Shown piece by piece: positions 1 through 7,905 of a stretch of DNA of 64,000 nt; position 1 is the first letter of the stretch, and each line of letters opens with the position of its first letter. The notes beneath the pieces are model-generated. The model saw only the letters and a program-made list of their open reading frames with translations. It made no database searches and was not told where the DNA came from. The stretch spans positions 320,001-384,000 of the forward strand of contig JBBQFN010000003.1 in NCBI GenBank assembly GCA_038321985.1. The letters run 5' to 3'. Origin of the DNA: Cyanophyceae cyanobacterium. GTDB lineage: Bacteria; Cyanobacteriota; Cyanobacteriia; Cyanobacteriales; Laspinemataceae. Both the position numbers and the translations under genes were made by a program.

Positions 1-965
1 ACGGGTTAGTTCTCTCCTGGGGGGAAAGTGCCACAGAAGCGGCATTCGGGACCCAGTTGCAGGGACGGGATGGGAAAGTGTTGGACTATGGTTGTGCGAA
101 AGTGCGACTGATGCACCGGATGGCAAAGCGGGAAAGTCGGGATTCGCTGCGATTCTTGCCGTTGCATTTAGCAATGGAGGGATTTTTGGGGATGTTCTTT
201 TCGGGACCGGCGATCGCCTGGCAGGAGTATTCTCGACAAGCGCTATCCGAGGGATTGGGGACGCGGTGGGAAGTGTCATACAGTGGCGGTGCAGTCGAGG
301 GATTAGAAGATGCCCTCCGGGTGTTTGAAATCCACGAGAATCAAGTGGGGATGTTAGTCTTTGTCGCCGATGCCCTAGCATCCGCCTTTATCGTTCCCAA
401 TCCCCAGGATTATCGCGCCTTACATCGCACCTTACTGGAAGATTTTTATGGGGAATTGATTTATCAATATGGGTTACTGTATGATACACCCTTTCCAATG
501 GATGTTACCCTGGAAGCGGATAAAATTCAGACCTTGCCGGAGTTAAGGAAAGCGGTAGCTGAGTTGCGATCGCAGTGGGGAAAGTTTCATGGATTTATGG
601 CGACCAACTTATTACAACGGGAGTTAAACAGTCAGCGAGTCTACACCGCTGGACCCTTTGCCCTGCAACGATTTATCACCGAACTCGAACCCAAGGGAGA
701 GAATCATATTGGAGAGGCGATTATTTCCGAAACCGGAGAGATTCAATATTTAAAAACCTATCGCTTATCTGCCGCCCAGACTCGGCGAGTGTATCTGTTA
801 AGTCAGTTAGCGAAATATGATTGGAATTTAGAAATAACCGCCAGGGAATTAGGGCAAACTCGGGATGAATTAGCCTTGCGGTTAGATAAGGCAGGGTTTG
901 GGTATTTGTTGAAGCAAAATGTATTAGAGGTAGCGCGGAAGAATCTGAAGAAAGGGAGGGGGTAG
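1..965 (+). CDS. Conserved hypothetical protein, 5'-truncated by the window; resembles ARPP-2-domain proteins, with a C-terminal HTH-like segment
   Basis: The frame is open from position 3 to the TAG at 963-965. The C-terminus WNLEITARELGQTRDELALRL is HTH-like. The family name is from memory of similar proteins. Confidence 0.55.
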   Translation, partial: GLVLSWGESATEAAFGTQLQGRDGKVLDYGCAKVRLMHRMAKRESRDSLRFLPLHLAMEGFLGMFFSGPAIAWQEYSRQALSEGLGTRWEVSYSGGAVEGLEDALRVFEIHENQVGMLVFVADALASAFIVPNPQDYRALHRTLLEDFYGELIYQYGLLYDTPFPMDVTLEADKIQTLPELRKAVAELRSQWGKFHGFMATNLLQRELNSQRVYTAGPFALQRFITELEPKGENHIGEAIISETGEIQYLKTYRLSAAQTRRVYLLSQLAKYDWNLEITARELGQTRDELALRLDKAGFGYLLKQNVLEVARKNLKKGRG

Positions 966-1135
966 GGATGCCGAGACGGTGAATGATGGGGTTTAGGGTA
1001 ACTTAGTTTGCTTATGAAGTTATGAGCATAGAAGAAAAGGCGATCGCCTTTTATGGAGGTCCATAAACAGGCGATCGGTCCAACATTTTCCCCTTTTCCA
1101 ACTACGCGGTGCTGGGAATATTTATATTTGTCCTA

Positions 1136-1618
1136 TCACTCCCATAGATGGTCGCTATCTTTCTCTTCATTTTCTACAGAGGTTTCATCCTTCTTAAAAG
1201 GAAAACCATGTTCAATAGATGCTGTTTCTACAACTTTTACATTTTGTTTGTTGGTTTCTCCCAAATTCATGATAATTTTTTTCAAGGAATCCACTTGTTG
1301 TTGGAATTCCTTTGTTTTTTTTGTTTCCCGCTCATATTGAGATTGAAAAATTTTTGCACGAGCTTTAAAGTGATAAAGTTCTTGAAGCTTATTCTCTATA
1401 ACATTGGAGTCATCTATTGACATTTCTTTGGTTTCAAACGTTTTTGCGCACAACCAATTTGTACAGCGCCTTGTCCGTTTACGGTACAATAACTCTTTTC
1501 CAAGCAGAGTTTTTACAGTACCCGAGTAATAGAATGCGGGGGCACCTGTTCCTGGTTCAATGCCCTGCTTGCGTACTTGTTTACAGTGAGGACATTGCAT
1601 CTTAATAGAGGATCCCAT
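1136..1618 (-). CDS. Zinc-ribbon (NrdR/Ogr-Delta-like) plus coiled-coil hypothetical protein
   Basis: MQCPHC...RKRTRRCTNWLCAKTFETKE four-Cys ribbon, followed by a charged helical region. A promoter-like sequence lies upstream. Confidence 0.65.
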   Translation of the reverse strand: MGSSIKMQCPHCKQVRKQGIEPGTGAPAFYYSGTVKTLLGKELLYRKRTRRCTNWLCAKTFETKEMSIDDSNVIENKLQELYHFKARAKIFQSQYERETKKTKEFQQQVDSLKKIIMNLGETNKQNVKVVETASIEHGFPFKKDETSVENEEKDSDHLWE

Positions 1619-1648
1619 AGTTTGATTTTCTTGTTTACAACAATTTAG

Positions 1649-1677
1649 AATATACTATATATAAAACAGTATGTCAA
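1649..1677 (-). promoter_or_regulatory. Putative sigma70-type promoter of the Zn-ribbon gene
   Basis: On the minus strand: TTGACA (1677-1672), 17-nt spacer, TATATT (1654-1649), about 30 nt upstream of the ATG at 1618. Confidence 0.5.
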
Positions 1678-1838
1678 GTGCGACAATATTAATCAATGAC
1701 AAAATCACTTTCAGTATTAGCACTTAATATATTAAAGCCCGTAAAAGGTTTTTTAATGGGTCAAATTAATCTCCGAGTTTTTTGCATACTATTCATTTCA
1801 CTAAAAAGTATATATATTGAATGTGGAAAATAGGAAAA

Positions 1839-2237
1839 AAAGGCCGATTTATATAGAAAAATCCTTATGGAGATATAAAACGTTCTATAAATAGAGGGAG
1901 TTCGGGAGAACAGGCGACAAAGGCCGATTTATTAGAAATTTCTAATTAAGGTTCTAATTATAGAGGGAATTTGGGAGAACAGGTGGCAAAAGCCGATTTA
2001 TATAGAAAAATCCTTATGTAGATATAAAACGTTCTATAAATAGAGGGAGTTCGGGAGAACAGGCGGCAAAGGCCGATTTATTAGAGATTTCTAATGAGAG
2101 AGGGAATTTGGGAGAGCAGGCGACAAAAGAAAGCAGAGTTATATAGAAAAATCCTTATGTAGATTATAGAACCTTCTATAAATTGAGGCAGTTCGGGAGA
2201 ACAGGCGGCAAAGGCCGATTTATCAGGAATTCCTGAA
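1839..2237. repeat. Array of ~38-nt direct repeats with alternating self-complementary spacers
   Basis: GAGGGA(G/A)TT(C/T)GGGAGAACAGGCGGCAAAGGCCGATTTA-like units start at 1894, 1963, 2043, 2100 and 2185, with a partial unit at 1839. Confidence 0.85.
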
Positions 2238-2393
2238 TCGCCATTGTAGGCATTGTCAAAAATTTTATCTATAGCAATCAAGACTCTTAGCTGTGGACCC
2301 ATGACAAACGGCAAGTTAACTTACATTATAACACAGAATGAATAAAAGCAGCGTAGCCTTGCCAACCTGTCTCACCAGCTATTGATTCATAGA

Positions 2394-3059
2394 TTATCGG
2401 TGGGATACCACTAAACATCCATATCGATCCACTAAGTCTTGATAGTCAGGAGCATCCACCCCTAAAAATTCGGAGGGAATGTCTTCTTCGAGACGATGGA
2501 GAAAGGCAGATAAGCGAGAACCATTCAGTTGTGCGAGATTGGTATTATCGCGCTGTTCTCCCCAGGAAAGCGGTGCATAAATATCGACATCCAGTCCAAG
2601 AGTTAACCAAATTGGACTCGGGGTGGTGGTATCTAATTCTCCGTTATCATCAAGTTCAACAAAAACGGAAATATTCCCCCCAGATTTAATCCCTAATTCT
2701 TCGGGAATTCCGCGAACACTAAGGGTCAGGCATTGGAGATTTAAAGTCAAATCAAGATTGACTACATCATTTATTGTTTTCAACTCTTCTATCAATTGTC
2801 TCTGAGATGGTTCGCCTTGCCAATCCTGGATAGCAAACGTTTCTTCTCCACCACTGCGGGTATCGATCGCCACATCCTCAACCCGCGCAAAGTTATCCAG
2901 TGCCTTCAGTAACCGTTCGATTCTCTCGACTATCCATAAGCGCCGGTACAAGGGAAGCGTCAGTTTTTCTACGATAGCAGGAGGGATGCATAAATTATAA
3001 GTCCAAACCATGAGACCGCTTCCCCGTCGCCAAGTTGGAATGTTTGTCTGGTGATTCAT
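2394..3059 (-). CDS. Hypothetical protein, putative immunity partner of the upstream nuclease
   Basis: Acidic 221-aa ORF, co-oriented and 35 bp downstream of the PD-(D/E)xK-like ORF. Confidence 0.6.
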   Translation of the reverse strand: MNHQTNIPTWRRGSGLMVWTYNLCIPPAIVEKLTLPLYRRLWIVERIERLLKALDNFARVEDVAIDTRSGGEETFAIQDWQGEPSQRQLIEELKTINDVVNLDLTLNLQCLTLSVRGIPEELGIKSGGNISVFVELDDNGELDTTTPSPIWLTLGLDVDIYAPLSWGEQRDNTNLAQLNGSRLSAFLHRLEEDIPSEFLGVDAPDYQDLVDRYGCLVVSHR

Positions 3060-3094
3060 CGGTTTAAACCCTAGGAATGATAAAATATTTAGCT

Positions 3095-3736
3095 CTATTC
3101 AGGAGATGTTTTGATGATTTGATTATCCTCCGTGCGACTAAACTCCATCAGGAGTTGTCCATTTCCATAAATCGCGACTCGCCGTAAACTACTCATTTGA
3201 TTAGGACGAAACTCTCGTAAGATCCACCTTTCAACCGTCTCCTTATCCTTGAGCAGAATAACACAGAAGTCTCTTTCGGCATCTTCGTAAAGCTGCATTT
3301 CCAAGGAACCCGGAATTCCATAAGCTAGACCTGATTTTTTAAGCTGTGTGTTCGCTTCTTTGATTTTATTTTTAATCCATTTATCCCATCCCGAGCTTGC
3401 ACTAACATTGGTTGTTTTAACTGTGGTTTTTATTTCAGTAACTTCCGATTTTAGGGTTTCCCCCTGATTGAGGTAAACTGCATAGTCGGGTATTTTAACA
3501 TTTTCCTGAACCGATTCAGGTATAATTTCGACCGATCGGCCTAAGCTCAAGATTTGCCTCTCTAAAAAGGTGATTTCACCTTTGGCCCCAATCTGACCCA
3601 GTTTAACTTCGTTGGCTAAGTCATTTAGCTTTTTGTCGATTATAGCATCGCTTCCGACTAACAAACCTGAATTTTTCAAAGAATTCAGCCGGTTGTCTAT
3701 ATCATGATTCTCGGGTAATTGCCTATAAATGGGCAT
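3095..3736 (-). CDS. Putative PD-(D/E)xK nuclease resembling a polymorphic-toxin C-terminal domain
   Basis: GE...KIPDYAV...EVTEIKT motif, followed by KIKEANTQ. ATG at 3736 (the ORF track starts at TTG 3742). Confidence 0.55.
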   Translation of the reverse strand: MPIYRQLPENHDIDNRLNSLKNSGLLVGSDAIIDKKLNDLANEVKLGQIGAKGEITFLERQILSLGRSVEIIPESVQENVKIPDYAVYLNQGETLKSEVTEIKTTVKTTNVSASSGWDKWIKNKIKEANTQLKKSGLAYGIPGSLEMQLYEDAERDFCVILLKDKETVERWILREFRPNQMSSLRRVAIYGNGQLLMEFSRTEDNQIIKTSPE

Positions 3737-3908
3737 TCTCAAGGGTTTCCTGGCAATGATTCACTCTGAATACTGCCCTAGTCTACCAGGGTCTTGAGAA
3801 TTCGTGACTCCTCGAATCCGGAAAGAGTGGGGAACCTTGGTTTTAGGCTGCGCTGGTGAGTTTCTGTAGAGTGGATGTGGTCAAAGATACTAACAGAACC
3901 AATCTCTC

Positions 3909-4013
3909 TTATGCTGCCTGCTGTTGTGACTTGATTACCACCCATTGTCCCGTGATGTGATCGCGATAGGTAATGTAAGAATTTTGCCGCAGTTGTTTCG
4001 GTTGAGTTGCCAT
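3909..4013 (-). CDS. 34-aa small protein MATQPKQLRQNSYITYRDHITGQWVVIKSQQQAA (not in the ORF track)
   Basis: ATG at 4013, TAA at 3909, AGGAGGT RBS 7 nt upstream. Paralog of the same length at 5791-5895. Confidence 0.75.
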   Translation of the reverse strand: MATQPKQLRQNSYITYRDHITGQWVVIKSQQQAA

Positions 4014-4133
4014 TTCTATAACCTCCTGATTTCGTTTGTATTTATCCTATCGGTGCGATTCCCGGACAGTTGTCTCTAATTAACAAAAATTGACAATTTC
4101 TGATACAATTAAATCAGTAAACCGCTTTCAAAA

Positions 4134-5063
4134 ATGACCCGTTTTGTTTACGACCAATTTGCTAAACAATATCTAACGGAACTGTTAAGTCCATTTGGAG
4201 AAGTGGAACCCAGTCGGGCGATCGCAGCCGAAGTGCGGGAAATCGATGTCATTTTTTCTCCGGCATCGGACCATCCCCCGGAAGTCGCTATCCTAGGACT
4301 ACTGGGAAGACTTGCCACCACAGCGGCTATTTTTGAACCCTTTCGCAATGCCATCCAACCGGGAGACATTCGCAGTTGTCTGAGCAAACTCTTTGAACTG
4401 TACAACGAATTTGACCGCGAAGCCAACCGGGAAAATACCCGACTCAATGAAGCTCAACTCCCCCACCTCTGGATCCTGTCTCCCACAGTTTCCCAGGCGG
4501 TGTTAAGTGGGTTTAAAGCGGAACTGGATCGGGAAAACTGGGGAGAAGGCGTCTATTTTCTGGGGAGGTCCTTCAGAACTGGCATTGTGGTGATTCACCA
4601 ATTACCGAAGACTCCCGAAACCCTGTGGTTGCGGATGTTAGGGAAAGGAAATGTTCAAAAACAAGCGATCGCTGAACTGCGGCAACTCCCAGAAGACAAT
4701 CCCTTTCGAGTGCAGACGTTAGAATTACTCTATAATCTGCTCACGATTTTAGAAGTTCGTCAAGATTTAGATACGGAGGACCAATCGTTAGTTATGGAAC
4801 TCTCACCACTGTATTTGGAACGGTTAGAAAATGCCAATCAACAGGGTATCCAACAGGGTATCCAACAGGGTATCCAACAGGGCCTAGTGCTGGGTAAACG
4901 CCAGATGGTTGAAGAGATGCTCAAAGCCAAATTTGGGGAGATTGATGCGGAATTATGCGCAATCATTGACTCATTGCTGCTGATTCCACCTTTTGAAATG
5001 AATCTGTTAATTGCCCAACTTTCTCGCGAGGAACTGTTGGCGCGAGTACGGAATCCTAATTAA
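4134..5063 (+). CDS. Rpn/YhgA-like PD-(D/E)xK-fold protein with a QQGI repeat linker and a DUF4351-like C-terminus
   Basis: DQFAKQYL start, EVREIDV...FEPFR motif, (QQGI)n repeats and a KFGEID helical tail, typical of this multicopy cyanobacterial family. Confidence 0.75.
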   Translation: MTRFVYDQFAKQYLTELLSPFGEVEPSRAIAAEVREIDVIFSPASDHPPEVAILGLLGRLATTAAIFEPFRNAIQPGDIRSCLSKLFELYNEFDREANRENTRLNEAQLPHLWILSPTVSQAVLSGFKAELDRENWGEGVYFLGRSFRTGIVVIHQLPKTPETLWLRMLGKGNVQKQAIAELRQLPEDNPFRVQTLELLYNLLTILEVRQDLDTEDQSLVMELSPLYLERLENANQQGIQQGIQQGIQQGLVLGKRQMVEEMLKAKFGEIDAELCAIIDSLLLIPPFEMNLLIAQLSREELLARVRNPN

Positions 5064-5227
5064 TAATTTGGGTTGATTCATGACTCTCGGTGGGTGACTC
5101 TACCGAGAGTTTTTAAAAGATAAATAAGGAGCTTAAGTCTCCTATTTTGCAGCCGTAGAAGGAGCCTGATAACGAGTTTAGTTTAGAAGTTCGTCAAGAT
5201 TTAGAGACGGAGGACCAATCGTTAATT

Positions 5228-5497
5228 ATGGAACTCTCACCACTGTATTTAGAACGGTTAGAAAATGCCAATCAACGGGGTATTCAACAGGGTATCCAAC
5301 AGGGCCTAGAGCAGGGTCTTGAGCAGGGCCAACGCCTGATCGTTGAAAAGATGATCAAAGCCAAGTTTGGGGAGGTTGATGGAGAATTATCCGCCATCAT
5401 CGACGCCTTGCTGCTGATTCCACCTTTGGACATGATGCAGTTAATTTACCAACTTTCTTGGGAGGAACTGTTGGCGCGAGTGCGGAATGAAAATTAA
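5228..5497 (+). CDS. Stand-alone diverged copy of the C-terminal ~89 aa of the upstream Rpn-like protein
   Basis: DNA ~5182-5550 duplicates ~4748-5115, including the 3' hairpin. It begins at the same Met (MELSPLYLERLENA). Confidence 0.65.
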   Translation: MELSPLYLERLENANQRGIQQGIQQGLEQGLEQGQRLIVEKMIKAKFGEVDGELSAIIDALLLIPPLDMMQLIYQLSWEELLARVRNEN

Positions 5498-5563
5498 TCG
5501 TTTGGGTTGATTTATGACTCTCGGAGGGGGGGACTCTTCCGAAAGTTTTTTATGGATGAAGAA

Positions 5564-5695
5564 GGAGGTAGAGCCTCCAATAGCGCATTCTTAGGCAGAG
5601 CCTAGGAACGAGTTTTTAAGGAGGCTTAACGCGGTTTGAAAAGGAGTCCGAGCCTCCAATAGAGCATTCCTAGGCGCTGCCTAGGAACGAGTTTT
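5564..5695. repeat. Two copies of a REP-like double-hairpin repeat
   Basis: GGAGGTAGAGCCTCCAATAGCGCATTCTTAGGCAGAGCCTAGGAACGAG, with a near copy at ~5643-5691. Confidence 0.7.
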
Positions 5696-5790
5696 AAAAG
5701 ATGTTATTAAACAGGATTGATGGAGTTGCTTGGGTCTATATTTGGGGTTTTATTGGAAGAAATAATTTAGACCGATCGCCTATGATGCTG

Positions 5791-5895
5791 TTAGGCGGCT
5801 TGTTGTTGTTCTTTCAATACTAACCATTGGCCGGTGATGGGGTCGCGATAGGTGGTATAGGTGTTTTGCCGCAGTTGTTTGGTTTGGGTTGCCAT
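5791..5895 (-). CDS. 34-aa small protein MATQTKQLRQNTYTTYRDPITGQWLVLKEQQQAA (not in the ORF track)
   Basis: ATG at 5895, TAA at 5791, GAGGT RBS upstream. Paralog of 3909-4013 with many synonymous changes. Confidence 0.75.
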   Translation of the reverse strand: MATQTKQLRQNTYTTYRDPITGQWLVLKEQQQAA

Positions 5896-6880
5896 GATGA
5901 ATTACCTCTGGGTTGCTTCTGTATTTATATTACTGGTACAATTGAGGGGAGAGGGTGATGGTAACAACCCGTCAAGGCGATCGCGATCGCACTTTCAGGT
6001 TATTCTCATCACACACAGCCTTCAGAAAATAGGGGCGTGAATCTATGCACGCACCTGATCTCTCACCGCCGATTAAGCTATTCCGCGTCATGGAAAATCG
6101 CCGCTTCTACTCCTCTTACCAGGAATTCCCCGGAATAGTTATAACGGCCTGATTTTACCACTCTGCAAGACTCTTTATCGGATTTTTCCTGGCCTGAAAT
6201 AAGGACACCCAACGCAATCGTGAGAGGATTTTTTCGTAGTTTCCCCGAGGCACTGTTAAGATAAATTTTTCCGGGTGGATTGTTAGGGCCGGTTTGTTGA
6301 GTAAGCACACCCCAGGGCGATCGCCACCCATCCAGGCAAGTTTGACTCCCTGTCCTGCGATCGCCCGGTTTTACGGCCCTGGAGAGACGTTTACCCGTGA
6401 TTGCTTTGAGAGATAATCCACCGATCGGGCAGTCTGGTGCAGGTTTTTCCCGGGGAGAGTCTGTTTTTATTCTAAAAGTTAAAATTACCAAAATCCTGAG
6501 CTAATCTGCAATCAATCTCCCCCTCCCATCCAAAACCCAAGGGCGAAAAGGCAACTCTTGCCATAAGATAGGTTAGGGGTTAAGCCAGGGTGTCAACTGG
6601 ACATTAAACAGGTTGCACTGCTTAGTGTCTAGGTATTCGTCCTTCTATCCCCTCCGTAGTGACTCCCCCCTTAATAAGAGGGAACCGGATTGTTGAAAAT
6701 TCCCTTTATGGAGGAGGATTTACGAGAATCCAATCGTAGGCTGAAAGAGGGAACTTCACGGTTTTAATCTTCAGTTAACCGCTATGGGGGTTAAGGATAT
6801 CCTGCCCCTTTCACGCGTCCCGCAACGCCTAAGCGTTGCGCTTAATCTCGATTAATTTGTCGTCATTCCTAGCAGTTCTC

Positions 6881-7204
6881 ATGGGTCTTAAAATCGTTCA
6901 AAACTTTGGGGGTAGCTTTACCCTCAGTCCAGATGCAAAATCTGCCTTATTTGACTTATTAAATAGCCCCGAGTTTGTAAGTCAGGTTGCTACTGCTGCC
7001 AAGTGTCACCAAGTTGAGTTTACTGAGTTAATGTTCCAACCTGTTCCCTACAGCGAACAGACTCCCAAAGGAATGCCTCAAGAGTTTGAGCAGTATCACG
7101 AATCCGACGACTACACAATGGTTAATGTCCCTCCGACCTTTATGTTTAAAGCTAAAATTTTCAATCCTAGTCGTATTTGTGCGGTTTATCGCAAACTCAG
7201 TTAA
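6881..7204 (+). CDS. Hypothetical protein
   Basis: Protein-like 107-aa ORF from ATG 6881 (the track extends it to TTG 6836). Confidence 0.7.
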   Translation: MGLKIVQNFGGSFTLSPDAKSALFDLLNSPEFVSQVATAAKCHQVEFTELMFQPVPYSEQTPKGMPQEFEQYHESDDYTMVNVPPTFMFKAKIFNPSRICAVYRKLS

Positions 7205-7336
7205 AACTCAATTTTTGAACTTGTTCCCACACATCGCCGGAGGGTTGAACTTTCGCTGAACAGCTAAAGCAACCGTTGCGATAACCTCCGGTTGTCGCAA
7301 CTCTCCCCTAATGAATCCTTTTTCTGGACATGACTT

Positions 7337-7870
7337 ATGACGGATATTTCATCCCTGTCTACTCTCGAATTTTTTCCCTATCTCGATGATCAGGGAAACT
7401 GCAACAGCGATTTTACCAGCCAAGTTGGGGTCTATGCTATTTTTGATGGGGAAAAAACCCTTCAGTATATCGGCTATTCCCGAGATATTGCTTTGAGTCT
7501 GAAACAGCACCTGATGCGGCAACCCGAGTGCTGTTATTGGATTAAAGCACAAACGATCGATCGCCCCAGTCGGACAATTTTAGAAGAAATTCGCCAGGCG
7601 TGGATTGCGGAAAATGGGCAAACTCCTCCGGGTAATGGCCCTGATGAAGCCCAATGGACTCAGGCGATCGATGTTAAACCCCTGATGACGACGGAAGAAC
7701 GGGAAAAGTATGAAAAAGCAATAGACGAATTTACCCAAATGAAACTCTTAAAACAGGTGTCACGCCGTGTGGAAGGCAAACTGTTGGCGGTCCTCGACTC
7801 CCGGGGACTTAAAGAGGCAATTCGCTTTAATCCCAAACTCAAAGAAAGCGGTTTGCTAGACTTAAAATAA
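7337..7870 (+). CDS. GIY-YIG nuclease family protein (cyanobacterial/plant type)
   Basis: GVYAIFD...LQYIGYSR motif. Confidence 0.85.
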   Translation: MTDISSLSTLEFFPYLDDQGNCNSDFTSQVGVYAIFDGEKTLQYIGYSRDIALSLKQHLMRQPECCYWIKAQTIDRPSRTILEEIRQAWIAENGQTPPGNGPDEAQWTQAIDVKPLMTTEEREKYEKAIDEFTQMKLLKQVSRRVEGKLLAVLDSRGLKEAIRFNPKLKESGLLDLK

Positions 7871-7905
7871 TCCTAGGTTCTGCTGTATTTATACCGCGAA
7901 CCTCT

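Noticed and set aside
1839..2237. Canonical CRISPR array
   Set aside because: Spacers recur in an A/B pattern, vary from about 19 to 45 nt, the repeats are degenerate, and no cas genes are in the window.
4748..5550. Diversity-generating retroelement TR/VR pair
   Set aside because: Mismatches between the copies are not adenine-specific, and there is no reverse transcriptase.
6078..6491. 137-aa minus-strand ORF
   Set aside because: No motif or RBS; looks like intergenic sequence.
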